From an uncultured Acidobacteriota bacterium (GTDB taxonomy: Bacteria; Acidobacteriota; Vicinamibacteria; Fen-336), in the NCBI GenBank assembly GCA_963720545.1, contig OY970399.1, forward strand, positions 992,001-1,056,000: a DNA stretch of 64,000 bases. Reading direction: 5' to 3'. The position numbers and the translations under genes were made by a program. Shown piece by piece: positions 43,188-56,162 of the stretch. Position 1 is the first letter of the stretch; each line of letters opens with the position of its first letter. Under the pieces are notes generated by a model, which did no database searches, was not told the DNA's origin, and saw only the letters and a program-made list of their open reading frames with translations.

Positions 43188-44090
43188 ATGGGACGAATCA
43201 TCGAGTCGGTGCCGAATGTCAGCGAGGGCCGCCGCCCGGAGGTGATCGCGGCCCTGGTGGCAGCCATCCGGAAGGCTCCCGGTGTCCGGGTCCTCGACGT
43301 GCAATCGGACAAGGACCACAACCGCAGCGTGCTGTCCCTCGCCGGCGACGATGCCGGGCTGAAACAGGGCCTCCTCAACCTGTTCGAGGCGGCGGTCGAG
43401 TCGATCGACCTGCGCACCCACAAGGGCGAGCACCCGCGCATGGGGGCTGTAGACGTCGTCCCTTTCATCCCCATCGAGGGGGTGACGATGGCCGAGTGCG
43501 TGAGCCTCGCGAAAGACGTGGCTGCGGCGATCGCGGAGCGCTTCAAGGTGCCGACCTATCTTTATGAAGAGGCGGCGGCTTCGCCGCAGCGGCGCAACCT
43601 CGAGGACATCCGCCGCGGCGAGTTCGAGGGCTTGCAGGCCAGGATGCTGGACGCGGCCTGGGCGCCCGACTTCGGGCCGCGAGCGCCCCATCCGTCGGCC
43701 GGCGCCAGCGTCATCGGCGCGCGCATGCCGCTCATCGCCTTCAACATCAACCTCGCGACCCCCGATGTCTCGGTCGCCAAGGCGATCGCCAAGGGCATCC
43801 GCCACTCGAGCGGCGGCTACCGCCACGTGAAGGCCATGGGCCTGCGCCTCGAGGAGCGCAACATCGCGCAGGTGTCGATGAACATGACCGACTTCCGGAA
43901 GACACCGCTCTACCGCGTGTTCGAGACGGTGCGCGCCGAGGCGGCGCGCTACGGCGTCAACATCGCCGGCAGCGAGATCGTCGGCCTCGTCCCCAACCAG
44001 GCGCTGGTCGATGCCGCCGACTACTTCCTGCGCCTCGAGGGTTTCGACGGCGACCAGATCCTCGAGCAGAAGCTGCGCGACGCCGAGTAG
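43188..44090 (+). CDS. ftcD: Glutamate formimidoyltransferase
   Basis: ESVPNVSEGR, DKDHNRSV, HPRMGAVDVVPF and QVSMN. Confidence 0.92.
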   Translation: MGRIIESVPNVSEGRRPEVIAALVAAIRKAPGVRVLDVQSDKDHNRSVLSLAGDDAGLKQGLLNLFEAAVESIDLRTHKGEHPRMGAVDVVPFIPIEGVTMAECVSLAKDVAAAIAERFKVPTYLYEEAAASPQRRNLEDIRRGEFEGLQARMLDAAWAPDFGPRAPHPSAGASVIGARMPLIAFNINLATPDVSVAKAIAKGIRHSSGGYRHVKAMGLRLEERNIAQVSMNMTDFRKTPLYRVFETVRAEAARYGVNIAGSEIVGLVPNQALVDAADYFLRLEGFDGDQILEQKLRDAE

Positions 44091-44095
44091 CTGCG

Positions 44096-45493
<1,398 letters not shown>

Positions 45494-45501
45494 GAGTCTC
45501 C

Positions 45502-47703
45502 TTAGACCGGCAGCTCGACCACGAAGCGCGCGCCGCGCGGCAGGTTGTCCTCGACGCGGATCGTGCCCTGGTGCTCCTGGACGATGCGGCTGACGATGGC
45601 GAGGCCGAGCCCGCTGCCGCGCTTCTTCGTCGAGAAATTCGGCACGAACAGCCGCTCGCGGTCTTCGGCGGCGATGCCCGGTCCGTCGTCGGCCACACCC
45701 ACGCGCACCACCCCGCCGGCGGCGTCCACGTCGCTCGAGATTTCGACCGTGCCGCTGCCCGCCGTTGCCGCAATGGCGTTGTCGAGCAGGTTGATGAGCA
45801 CGCGCTTGATCTGTTCCGGGTCGAGGCGCAGCAGCGGCAGCGACGGCGCCAGGCGCTTGCGCAGCGCCACCTCGCCCATCGCGCCGTCATAGAGCGACAG
45901 CGTCTCGTCGATGACGTCGTTGATCGGCGTCGGCTTGAGGCGGGCCGTCGGCAGGCGTGCGAACTGCGCGAACTCGTCCACCAGGTTCTTGAGCGCCTCG
46001 ACCTCGCTGACGATGGCGCCGGTGGAATCGACGATGATCTTCTCGATGTCGGGCGCGCCCTTCACGTACGCCTTGCGGATGCGCTGCGCGGACAGCTGGA
46101 TCGGCGTCAGCGGGTTCTTGATCTCGTGCGCCAGCTTGCGCGCCACCTCGCCCCAGGCCGCAACTTTCTGCGCGCGCATCAAGGGCGTCAGGTCGTCGAG
46201 CACCACCAGGGCGCCCGGCGGCGTGCCCGGCGCGCGCGTCAGCCGCACCACCGTCATCGCCAGTTGCTTGTCGACGCCGGTCGCCGCTCCGCCGGCCGCC
46301 GGAAACGCGATCTCGCGCTCCTGGCGGCTGACGCGGCCGGAAAGCACGCGGTCCACCATCTCGACGATGCCGCCGCGCGTGCCGAGTACCGCGTCGAGCC
46401 GCCGGCCCGCCATGGAGAGGTGCAGGTCGAGGAAGCGGCCGGCCGCCGCGTTCCAGCTGGCGAGCGTGCCGTTGGCGTCGATCACCAGCACGCCGGTGCC
46501 GACGGTCTCGAACACCGTCTCCATGAGCGCGCGCCGCTCCTCCAGCTCCTCGTTCTTGCGCACCAGGCCCGCGCGCGTGTGGTCCACTTCCTCCTCGCTG
46601 CGCGCGAGGCGCTCGGACATGCGGTTGAAGGAGGCGATGAAGCTCGAGAACTCCTCGTCGGCGGTGACGAAGTCGACGCGCACGCCGCGCTCGCCGCTGG
46701 TGATGCGTTCGGCGCCCTCGGCTACCAGGCGGATCGGGGTGGTGATGCGGCGCGCCAGGTAGTCGGACAGCCACACCGCGCCGAAAATGAGCAGCAGGCC
46801 GGCGAATGCGTAGAAGAGCAGGTAGAGCGCCTTGATCGGCGTCTTGAACGACTCGGCGGTGCGGAACTTCGCGTAGCGTTCTTCCACCTCACGCGCGTCG
46901 TCCGCCACCTGGCCCGGCAGCATGGTGAGGCCGAGGACCACCGCGCGCACCTCGCCGTTGGCGCCGCGGATTGGCGCGGCGGAGCGCAGGGCCTCGCCGT
47001 CGGCCAGCGGGATGGAGGTGTCGGTGGCGGCGCCGGTGAAGGCGGCCGAGATCTGCGGGTCGCCGGGGTCCACCTGCGGCAGCAACTGCGATAGCCGCGG
47101 GTTCATCACCGACAGCAGCTCCCCTTCGGTGGTGAACACCGAAACGCCGTCGAGCCGCAATTCCTCCGCGCGCGACTCGACCAGGGCGCGCAGCCGCTCG
47201 CGCGGCTGTTGCAGCACACGCGCCTCGCCGATCTCGCGCGCCACCACCCGGGTGCCGCGTCGGCCGCGCTCGGCGACCGTCTCGCGCAGGCTGGTGGCGA
47301 GGCTCTGCGACGCCGACAGCAGCCGCTCAACGTCCACGTTGAACCAGCGGTCGATCGTCTGCTGGATGATGTTGCTGCCCACGGCAATCAGCACCACCGA
47401 TGGCCCCACCGCCATCAGCAGGAACACGAACGTGAGCCGCATGCGGAAGCGGGCGCCGAGCTTGCCGCGCCGGCGCTCCATCACGAAGCGCACGACGTTG
47501 CGCCCCAGGATCACGACCAGGATGAGCAGCAGCGTCAGGTTGACGACCGTCAGCCCGTAGAGCATCACCGACGCGAGGAAGTCGGGCGAGAAGTCGCGGC
47601 TCTTGCGCAGCAGGAACTCGCTCCCGGCCAGCAGCGCCAGGACCGAGAGGATGAGCCCGACGATCAGCCGGGCGTTGTTGCGGATGGGCGTGCGGTTTCG
47701 CAG
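45502..47703 (-). CDS. NtrY-like sensor histidine kinase (HAMP, PAS, HisKA, HATPase)
   Basis: AWGEVARKLAHEIKNPLTPIQL, NLLDNA, DDGPG and GSGLGL. The frame stays open with an extra TM helix upstream of the first GTG (47568) to CTG at 47703. Confidence 0.85.
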   Translation of the reverse strand: MRNRTPIRNNARLIVGLILSVLALLAGSEFLLRKSRDFSPDFLASVMLYGLTVVNLTLLLILVVILGRNVVRFVMERRRGKLGARFRMRLTFVFLLMAVGPSVVLIAVGSNIIQQTIDRWFNVDVERLLSASQSLATSLRETVAERGRRGTRVVAREIGEARVLQQPRERLRALVESRAEELRLDGVSVFTTEGELLSVMNPRLSQLLPQVDPGDPQISAAFTGAATDTSIPLADGEALRSAAPIRGANGEVRAVVLGLTMLPGQVADDAREVEERYAKFRTAESFKTPIKALYLLFYAFAGLLLIFGAVWLSDYLARRITTPIRLVAEGAERITSGERGVRVDFVTADEEFSSFIASFNRMSERLARSEEEVDHTRAGLVRKNEELEERRALMETVFETVGTGVLVIDANGTLASWNAAAGRFLDLHLSMAGRRLDAVLGTRGGIVEMVDRVLSGRVSRQEREIAFPAAGGAATGVDKQLAMTVVRLTRAPGTPPGALVVLDDLTPLMRAQKVAAWGEVARKLAHEIKNPLTPIQLSAQRIRKAYVKGAPDIEKIIVDSTGAIVSEVEALKNLVDEFAQFARLPTARLKPTPINDVIDETLSLYDGAMGEVALRKRLAPSLPLLRLDPEQIKRVLINLLDNAIAATAGSGTVEISSDVDAAGGVVRVGVADDGPGIAAEDRERLFVPNFSTKKRGSGLGLAIVSRIVQEHQGTIRVEDNLPRGARFVVELPV

Positions 47704-47721
47704 AACTCCGATTGTAGCCGC

Positions 47722-48192
47722 CTAGCGAAGATCCGCCTTCTGCGTCTCCAGCAGGCCCTTCAGCGTCGCCATGAACTGGTCGACGTCCTTGAAGTCGCGG
47801 TAAACCGAGGCGAAGCGCACGAACGCCACCTTGTCGAGCTTGCGCAGGCTCTCCATCAGGTATTCGCCGATCTGCGTCGAGGGCACCTCGCGGTCGGGGT
47901 TCTCCTGCACCATCTGCTCCACTCGCTCGGCGATCTCCTCGAGGGTCTTCACCGGCACCGGCCGCTTCTCGCACGCCTTCATCAGCCCGGAGAGCACCTT
48001 GTTGCGGTCGAAGCGCTCGCGGCCACCGTCTTTCTTCACGACGAGGTGCGGTATCTGGTCGATGCGCTCGTAGGACGTGAAGCGCTTCCCGCAGCTCAGG
48101 CACTCGCGGCGGCGCCTGATGACGTCGCCCTCGCGGCTCTCCCGGGAGTCGACCACCTTGTCTTCCGCGTGGGCACAGTAGGGACACTTCAC
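47722..48192 (-). CDS. nrdR: Transcriptional repressor NrdR
   Basis: KCPYC...VVDSR...IRRRRECLSCGKRFTSYE, ATP cone, VRFASVYRDF. Confidence 0.96.
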   Translation of the reverse strand: MKCPYCAHAEDKVVDSRESREGDVIRRRRECLSCGKRFTSYERIDQIPHLVVKKDGGRERFDRNKVLSGLMKACEKRPVPVKTLEEIAERVEQMVQENPDREVPSTQIGEYLMESLRKLDKVAFVRFASVYRDFKDVDQFMATLKGLLETQKADLR

Positions 48193-49217
48193 GCCTTGCC
48201 TCCTTCGGTCGCTGCCGCGACTCGCGACAGCGTCAGGCCTTCGCCGCGGAGGAACCAAAGGCCCATGAGCAGCACCGGAGCGTTCGCGCACAGGTGCGAC
48301 ACCAGCGCCGCCGCGGCGGCGGTTGCCGGCTTGACGCCCGTGAACGCCTCGGTCAGGGCCACCAGGTACGTCCCGTGATATCCGCCGACGTTTCCAGGTG
48401 TCGGGACGGCAACGCCCACGGTAAGAAAGGCGATGATGAGGAAGGCGGAGTGGAAAGGCAAATCGACCCCCATGGCCAGGTTCACCCAGTGGACGCCCAG
48501 GTCGATCGCGATCCACACCAGCACCGACTGCACCAGCAGCATGAAAACCTGGCGCGGCGGCGCCTTCAGCACCGCCAGGCCCTCGAGGAAGGAGCGCGTC
48601 ACCCCGGAGAGCAGTGGCCGCACCCGGGCCGGCAGCCACGCGATGATGCGGTCGAAGAACGCGGCGACCGCGGCGGCGTGACGGTGCGCGACGAACAGCA
48701 TCACGAGCCCTGCCAGCGCTGCCACGGCGGCGCCGAGGCCGCCGAGGCGCACCAGCGTCATCAGCTTCCCCGAGGTCACCGCGGCCGCGGGCAGCGGCAG
48801 CACGAACAAGTAGAGGGCGAAGAGGCACAGCACCGTGATGAGGTCGAACAGCCGTTCGAGGATGATCGAGGCGAAAGCGCCCGAGGCCGGGATCCCGACG
48901 CGCCTGCCGACGATCAGCGGCCGCAGCACCTCCCCGGCCCGCGGGATGAGGAGGCCGGCCATGAAGCCGACGCAGGTGGCGGCGAACAGCGTGTGGAACG
49001 GAACGATCGCGAGCGGGCGCAGCAACGCGCCCCAGCGCCAGGCGCGCAGCAGGTAGATGACGACGGTCATGAGCAGCGCCGCCACGATATAGCCGGGCCG
49101 GGCGGAGGCGAGGGCGGCGCGCAGGGCCGGCCAGTCGGTGGTCCGGAAGAAGAAATAGAGGAGTACGAGGGCCAGCGCAACCGAGGCAATCAAACGGCCC
49201 AAACTCTTTGGTTTCAT
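48189..49217 (-). CDS. Lysylphosphatidylglycerol synthase TM-domain (flippase-like) protein
   Basis: LRAWRW, PRAGEVLR, ERLFD and PTPGNVG; multi-TM. Confidence 0.8.
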   Translation of the reverse strand: MKPKSLGRLIASVALALVLLYFFFRTTDWPALRAALASARPGYIVAALLMTVVIYLLRAWRWGALLRPLAIVPFHTLFAATCVGFMAGLLIPRAGEVLRPLIVGRRVGIPASGAFASIILERLFDLITVLCLFALYLFVLPLPAAAVTSGKLMTLVRLGGLGAAVAALAGLVMLFVAHRHAAAVAAFFDRIIAWLPARVRPLLSGVTRSFLEGLAVLKAPPRQVFMLLVQSVLVWIAIDLGVHWVNLAMGVDLPFHSAFLIIAFLTVGVAVPTPGNVGGYHGTYLVALTEAFTGVKPATAAAAALVSHLCANAPVLLMGLWFLRGEGLTLSRVAAATEGGKA

Positions 49218-49281
49218 TAACTTGGAAGAACGCGCGAAGCGTACTACACTCCCCGCGAGCCGGTCAATGTCAGCAATTTCT

Positions 49282-49306
49282 GAACCGCGAATGCGCTTCC
49301 CCCGTT
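49282..49306 (+). promoter_or_regulatory. Putative ECF-type promoter GAAC-N17-CGTT
   Basis: Immediately upstream of the sigma ATG; the same motif and spacing recur at 50500-50524. Confidence 0.5.
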
Positions 49307-49313
49307 TCCGGGT

Positions 49314-49886
49314 ATGACCTTGGCCGAAGACACGCACCTCGTTGCCCGCTGTGTGCAAGGGGACGAAGGGGCGTGGCGGGAACTGGTCGAGCGCCACACG
49401 CGCCGGGTTTTCGCCATCGCCTACAAGTTCTGCGGGCGCGTGGACCAGGCCGAGGACCTGACACAGGAGATATTCGTCAAGGTGTACCAGAGCCTGGGCC
49501 GGTACCGAGCGGAAGACGGCAAGTTCGAGGCGTGGCTCGGCAGCGTCAGCCGCAACCACGCGATCGACAACTACCGCCGCACGCGCGAGGAACGCGCCCG
49601 CCGCCACGGCGATCCCGCGGTCATCGACTTCGTGGCCTCCGGTGCAGCCACCCCGCTCGAAGACCTGGAGAAAGACGAGCGCGTCGCGCTGGTGCGCCAG
49701 GGAATCGGCGCGCTGCCCGCGGACCTGCGCGAGCCCATCCTGCTGTGCGACCTGCAGGGCCTCGCTTACGAAGAGGCGGCCGAAACGCTCGGCATTCCTC
49801 TCGGCACCGTGAAGAGCCGGCTCAACCGCGGCCGGCTCGAGCTCGCCAAGCGCCTCAGCGGCAGGGTGCGGGGCATGGCGCAATGA
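49314..49886 (+). CDS. ECF RNA polymerase sigma factor
   Basis: AEDLTQEIF, AWL...RNHAID and YEEAAETLGIPLGTVKSRLNR. Confidence 0.93.
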   Translation: MTLAEDTHLVARCVQGDEGAWRELVERHTRRVFAIAYKFCGRVDQAEDLTQEIFVKVYQSLGRYRAEDGKFEAWLGSVSRNHAIDNYRRTREERARRHGDPAVIDFVASGAATPLEDLEKDERVALVRQGIGALPADLREPILLCDLQGLAYEEAAETLGIPLGTVKSRLNRGRLELAKRLSGRVRGMAQ

Positions 49887-50560
49887 CGACGATGACCTGC
49901 AGCCGCGCCGAGGAACTCTTCTCGGACGACCTCGAAGGCACGCTGCATCCGCTGCTGCGCTCGGAACTGGCAGAGCACCTCGCGGCGCATCCGCAGTGCG
50001 CCGCGCTGCGCGCCGACTTCGCGCTGGTGGTGGCGGCGCTGCATGCCGAACCCGCGGCGCTTGCGGTGCCGTCCGGGCTCGCGGAACGCGCCGCCTCGGC
50101 GGCGCTGGCCGCGGCGCGCGCGGTGCCGCGACAGCGGGCGACGCTCGCTGGCCTGCCCCGCTGGCTGCAGGCGACCGCCGCCGCTGCCGCCATCCTGATC
50201 GCCGGCGGCAGCACCTGGGTTGCGGTGCGGGGCGAACCCGGACGCATGGTCACCCGCCTTCGCGACCGCGTGGTGAGCGCGGGCCTGCAGCTCGCCGAAC
50301 AGAAAGACCGCGTCGCCGAAGACCTGCGCCTCATGGGCATCGTCGTCAGCACCGCGTTCGAGGCGCGAGTCGACAAGGTCAACGACCGCGTCGACGACTA
50401 TCGCCGCCTGCTGGAAAAGCGGCGCCTAGAGGAAGGCGCCCGCAAAGACCGCGAAACGCCGCCGCGCAAGCGGCCCGATGCCGATACCTCCTCGTTTTCG
50501 AACTCGCGGCCGCTGGCCCGCGTTACCACTTTCGAGCAGCACGCCTACAGGAGCTCATAA
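49883..50560 (+). CDS. Putative anti-sigma factor (zf-HC2/ZAS-like, single TM)
   Basis: ATGA-coupled to the sigma gene; N-terminal Cys, then HLAAHPQC; TM helix. Confidence 0.72.
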   Translation: MTTMTCSRAEELFSDDLEGTLHPLLRSELAEHLAAHPQCAALRADFALVVAALHAEPAALAVPSGLAERAASAALAAARAVPRQRATLAGLPRWLQATAAAAAILIAGGSTWVAVRGEPGRMVTRLRDRVVSAGLQLAEQKDRVAEDLRLMGIVVSTAFEARVDKVNDRVDDYRRLLEKRRLEEGARKDRETPPRKRPDADTSSFSNSRPLARVTTFEQHAYRSS

Positions 50561-50564
50561 ATAA

Positions 50565-51086
50565 ATGGCCGATAACGATCAGTTCCACGACAACCAGACG
50601 GCGCCGTCCATGCCCGCGCCGCCGCCGCCGCTGCCGCAGGCTGCCTACATGCCCGCGGTGCCGGTGAAGGCGGCACGCAGCCCTGTGGTTGCGCTGATCC
50701 TGTCCCTCTTCCCCGGGCTCGGCCAGATGTACAACGGCCAGATCATCAAGGCGCTGGTGTTCTTCTTCACCTGGGCGGGCTGCATCTGGCTCGCCACCGA
50801 CGACTGGCACTTCGGCATCATCATTCCGTTCGTCTACCTCACGAACCTCGTCGACGCCTGGCGCACCGCGAGCTACCTCGCGAACCGGCCGAATCCGGCG
50901 TTCGAGTTCGAGGAGAAGCTGGAGTCGCCCGCCTGGGGCATCGGCCTCATCGCGCTCGGCGCGGTGCTGCTCATGCACAACCTCGGCTGGCTGCAGCTGT
51001 GGTCGCTCGGCCGCTACTGGCCGCTGCTCCTCATCGGCGCCGGCGTGGTGTTCGTCTGGAACGCCATGAAGCGCAACCAGAGCTGA
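50565..51086 (+). CDS. Membrane protein (DUF5668/LiaF-like C-terminus)
   Basis: SLFPGLGQMYNGQ; GLIALGAVLL...YWPLLLIGAG. Confidence 0.7.
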   Translation: MADNDQFHDNQTAPSMPAPPPPLPQAAYMPAVPVKAARSPVVALILSLFPGLGQMYNGQIIKALVFFFTWAGCIWLATDDWHFGIIIPFVYLTNLVDAWRTASYLANRPNPAFEFEEKLESPAWGIGLIALGAVLLMHNLGWLQLWSLGRYWPLLLIGAGVVFVWNAMKRNQS

Positions 51087-51091
51087 CGCAG

Positions 51092-51289
51092 ATGCGCGGA
51101 TTCCGCGTGGAGCCGGTGGTCTTCGGCTCCTGCCTCATCGCCCTCGGCATCGCCGCCTTCCTCGCGACCTCGGGCCGCCCGGGAGTGCTCGACACGCTGC
51201 GCCGCTTCTGGCCCGTGGCGCTCATCTTCTGGGGCGTCCTCGACCTCGTCAACGTCCGTCTCATCCGCTCGGCTCGAGGTGACGCGTGA
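51092..51289 (+). CDS. Small membrane protein (DUF5668-like)
   Basis: LIALGI...FWPVALIFWG; GTGA overlap with the next gene. Confidence 0.6.
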   Translation: MRGFRVEPVVFGSCLIALGIAAFLATSGRPGVLDTLRRFWPVALIFWGVLDLVNVRLIRSARGDA

Positions 51290-52719
51290 GGTTCCGCCGC
51301 TTCGCCCTCCTCTGCTTCATCCTCTTCTCGGGCCTCACGCTCGAGGCGGCCTACCAGGCACGCCGCAACCTGCCGCTCGACTTCGGACCGCTCGGCTGGC
51401 GGGTGTTCGGCGGCGAGTTCAGCGGCCCGTCGTTCGAGTTCAGCGAAGACCTGACCGAGCCGCTCGGCACCGCGACGACGATTTCGGTGGCGAACAGCTT
51501 CGGTGCGGTGCGCATCCAGCGCGGCGCCGGCAAGGATGCAGTGGTGCGCCTGCGCAAGGTCGTCTACAAGCGCAGTGAAACCGAGGCCAGGGCTTTCGCC
51601 GACACCATCCACATCGAGAAGTCGCGCGTGGGCGACGCTCTGCGCCTCGCCACCAACCGCGCCACGCTCGGCGGCGGCGACTCCGGGTGGGCGGTCGGTT
51701 TCGAGACGAACTTCGAGATCGAGGTGCCCGAGGGCGTGAAGGTCAAGATCGAGAACGAGCACGGCGACGTCGACGTCGCGGACATGGCCGCGGCCGACAT
51801 CGCGAATGGCTTCGGCAGCGTGGTGGTGTCGCGCATCGCCGGGCCTGCCGACATCCGCTCCGAGCATGGCGACGTGCGCCTCAGCACGCTGGGCGACACC
51901 CTCAAGCTGGTGTCGCGCTTTGGTGACGTCGAGATCAGCGATGTGCCCAAGGCGGTCACGGTCGAATCCGAGCATGGCGACATGACGCTGGCGCGTCTCG
52001 GCTCGGTCGAGGCGCGCCTCGCGCACGGCAGCGCCGGCGTCGAGACGGTCACAGGCGACATCGCCTTCCACGGCGAGCACGCCGAGCTCGATGCGAAAGA
52101 CGTGACCGGCCGCGTGACCGTGGAAACCGGGTTTCGCGACGTCACCCTGACGCGCATCAAGGGCGAGGCCAGCGTCAAGAACTCGCACGGCGACGTCTCG
52201 GCGAGCCAGGTGGGTGGGGCGCTCTTCGTCGAGAGCGGCTTCGGCGACGTGGACGCGGTGGACGTCGGCGGCGCGGTCGAGATCACGGTGGAACACGGCA
52301 ACGTCACCGCCAACCGCATTCCGAAGGGCGCGAAGATCAAGGCACCCGGCGGCGACATCAAGCTCACCGAGTTCGGCGGGCCGGTGGAACTGAACAGCGA
52401 ACGCGGCAGCCTCACGCTCGAGCCCGCGGCGCCCGTGCTCGCGCCGATCAGCGCCACCACCCAATACGGCGAGGTCGAGCTGCTGGTGCCCGACGGTTCG
52501 CGCTTCGACCTCGACGCGCGCAGCGAAAGCGGCGACGTGCACGTGGACTTGCGCAACTATGTTGGCAACGAGGACGCCGATCGCAGCGGCGATGCCGACA
52601 AAAAGCGGCGGCATGCGACCGGCAAGCTGGCCGGCGGTGGCCGTGTCGTGACACTGCTGGCGAGCCACGGCGACGTGCGCGTCAACTCGAGCGCACGCAC
52701 CACGAGCGAGTCGAACTAA
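51286..52719 (+). CDS. DUF4097 beta-strand repeat protein
   Basis: Many xxHGDV/xxFGDV repeats. Confidence 0.8.
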   Translation: MRFRRFALLCFILFSGLTLEAAYQARRNLPLDFGPLGWRVFGGEFSGPSFEFSEDLTEPLGTATTISVANSFGAVRIQRGAGKDAVVRLRKVVYKRSETEARAFADTIHIEKSRVGDALRLATNRATLGGGDSGWAVGFETNFEIEVPEGVKVKIENEHGDVDVADMAAADIANGFGSVVVSRIAGPADIRSEHGDVRLSTLGDTLKLVSRFGDVEISDVPKAVTVESEHGDMTLARLGSVEARLAHGSAGVETVTGDIAFHGEHAELDAKDVTGRVTVETGFRDVTLTRIKGEASVKNSHGDVSASQVGGALFVESGFGDVDAVDVGGAVEITVEHGNVTANRIPKGAKIKAPGGDIKLTEFGGPVELNSERGSLTLEPAAPVLAPISATTQYGEVELLVPDGSRFDLDARSESGDVHVDLRNYVGNEDADRSGDADKKRRHATGKLAGGGRVVTLLASHGDVRVNSSARTTSESN

Positions 52720-52783
52720 ACGAGCGACGACGACGCTTGCGGCGCGCTCCGCCGATTGGTTAGACTCGCCGTCCTCGCCAACC

Positions 52784-53722
52784 ATGAGTGAAGCAACGAC
52801 AACCCCCGCGGCGCTCCTGCAATCCGACTTGCCGGGCGTGAAGCTCTGGCGGCGCGGCAAGGTCCGGGACGTCTACGATCTCGGCGACCGGCTCCTGATC
52901 GTCACCACCGACCGCCTCAGCGCCTTCGACGTGGTGCTGCCGACGCCGATCCCCGACAAGGGGCGCGTGCTGACGCAACTATCGCTCTTCTGGTTCGAGA
53001 AGCTGCGCTCGGTCATCGAGAACCACATCATCTCCGCCGACGTCGCCGACTTCGGCCCCGAGCTGGCACCACATGCCGCGCAGCTCGAAGGCCGCTCGAT
53101 GCTCGTGGCAAAAACCGATCCGCTGTCCGTCGAGTGTGTGGTGCGCGGTTACATCACTGGTTCGGGTTGGAAGGATTACAGGAGTTCCGGAGCCGTCTGC
53201 GGCATCGCCCTGCCCGCCGGCCTGCGCGAGTCGGACCGCCTCGAGCCGGCGCTCTTCACGCCATCCACCAAGGCCGAAGTCGGTCACGACGAGAACATCT
53301 CGTTCGCCGAAGTCGCGGCGCAACTGGGCGCCGAGCGCGCGGCGCAGATTCGCGATGTCAGCCTCGCCCTCTACAGCGCCGCTCGCGACCATGCCGAGAC
53401 CTGCGGCATCATCCTCGCCGACACCAAGTTCGAATTCGGCGTGAAGGACGGCCGCCTCATCTGGATCGACGAAGCGCTGACGCCGGACTCGTCGCGGTTC
53501 TGGCCGAAGGACGAGTACGCCCCGGGACGCGCTCAGCCCAGCTTCGACAAGCAGTACGTTCGCGACTATCTGGAAACCGTCACCTGGAACAAGACCCCGC
53601 CCGGGCCCGAGCTGCCCGAGGAAGTGGTCGCCCGAACCCGTGAAAAATACGTCGAGGCGTACGTCCGCCTGGCCGGCAAGCCGCTGCCGGGCGCCGCTTC
53701 CCCAAAGGAACCCGGAAAGTGA
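52784..53722 (+). CDS. purC: Phosphoribosylaminoimidazole-succinocarboxamide synthase
   Basis: [34 protein letters not shown] and DKQYVRD. Confidence 0.95.
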   Translation: MSEATTTPAALLQSDLPGVKLWRRGKVRDVYDLGDRLLIVTTDRLSAFDVVLPTPIPDKGRVLTQLSLFWFEKLRSVIENHIISADVADFGPELAPHAAQLEGRSMLVAKTDPLSVECVVRGYITGSGWKDYRSSGAVCGIALPAGLRESDRLEPALFTPSTKAEVGHDENISFAEVAAQLGAERAAQIRDVSLALYSAARDHAETCGIILADTKFEFGVKDGRLIWIDEALTPDSSRFWPKDEYAPGRAQPSFDKQYVRDYLETVTWNKTPPGPELPEEVVARTREKYVEAYVRLAGKPLPGAASPKEPGK

Positions 53723-53925
53723 AGCAGGAACTCGAGGCGCTGGTGACTGAGATGGTCGACAAGGGCATCCGCTTCGACGACGCCCGGCGCGAGTTCGAGA
53801 AACGCTTCATCGTCAAGGTGTTGCAGCGCCACCGCGGCAACCTCTCGCGCGCCGCCCAGGACCTGCGCATCCACCGCAACACCCTGGGCAAGAAGGTCTC
53901 GGAGTACAAAATCCCCGTCGTCTAG
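53719..53925 (+). CDS. Stand-alone Fis-family HTH protein
   Basis: EFEKRFI...[17 protein letters not shown]. Confidence 0.8.
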   Translation: MKQELEALVTEMVDKGIRFDDARREFEKRFIVKVLQRHRGNLSRAAQDLRIHRNTLGKKVSEYKIPVV

Positions 53926-53933
53926 AAGATCCT

Positions 53934-53960
53934 TTGGCACTCAAGGTCTTTGAGTGCTAT
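53934..53960 (+). promoter_or_regulatory. CIRCE element (HrcA operator) overlapping the groES promoter
   Basis: TTGGCACTC-N9-GAGTGCTAT versus consensus TTAGCACTC-N9-GAGTGCTAA. Confidence 0.88.
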
Positions 53961-54065
53961 ATTCTCAACAGGAACACACCCTCGAGCCCCCGGGTCGCAA
54001 TGCGGGCAGCGCGCCCCAGAATCCCCGGACAACTCGAAACTATTGCGTCCAAAGGAGATAGCTGC

Positions 54066-54353
54066 ATGAAGGTTCGTCCGCTTCACGATCGCCTCCTGAT
54101 CCGCCGGATCGAGGAGAAGGAGTCGGTCAAGGGTGGGATCATCATCCCGGATTCCGCGAAGGAAAAGCCCCAGGAGGGCGAGGTCATCGCGGTCGGCAAC
54201 GGGAAGATCCTCGAGAACGGCACCAAGGTGGCCCTCGACGTCAAGGCCGGCGACAAGATCCTGTTCGGCAAGTATTCGGGCACCGACATCAAGGTCGACG
54301 GCAAAGAGTTCCTCATCCTCCGCGAGGATGAGGTTCTGGCTGTCATCGGCTAA
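54066..54353 (+). CDS. groES: Co-chaperonin GroES
   Basis: [23 protein letters not shown] and KYSGT; AAGGAG RBS. Confidence 0.97.
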   Translation: MKVRPLHDRLLIRRIEEKESVKGGIIIPDSAKEKPQEGEVIAVGNGKILENGTKVALDVKAGDKILFGKYSGTDIKVDGKEFLILREDEVLAVIG

Positions 54354-54380
54354 GCGAAACAAGGAATAAGGAGACTTTAG

Positions 54381-56006
<1,626 letters not shown>

Positions 56007-56073
56007 GCGTTTGCGAAGCAAACGCCTAGCCTCCTGAGCCGCCGCCCGTTGCGATCGGCTCAGGAGCCTCAGT

Positions 56074-56115
56074 AAAAAAAGGGGAGCCCGACTTCGGGCT
56101 CCCCTTTCCTTTTTA
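56074..56115. terminator. Bidirectional intrinsic terminator
   Basis: A7-GGGGAGCCCG-ACTT-CGGGCTCCCC-TTTCCTTTTT between convergent groEL and the S9 peptidase. Confidence 0.88.
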
Positions 56116-56162
56116 TTTCCGTTCGTCCGTTCTTTCGTTCCAGGCGCTTGCGTCAGCGTCCG
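56116..56162 (+). repeat. Modular repeat locus 4 (pyrimidine tract plus box)
   Basis: CCAGGCGCTTGCGTCAGCGTCCG at 56140-56162 is identical to 5676-5698. Confidence 0.8.

Noticed and set aside
45502..48192. NrdR-kinase fusion by TAG readthrough (same frame, single stop)
   Set aside because: NrdR is complete at normal length, no pyrrolysine machinery is visible, and an in-frame arrangement has a 1-in-3 chance.
51286..52719. DNA tandem repeats in the DUF4097 gene
   Set aside because: Explained by protein-level beta-strand repeats.
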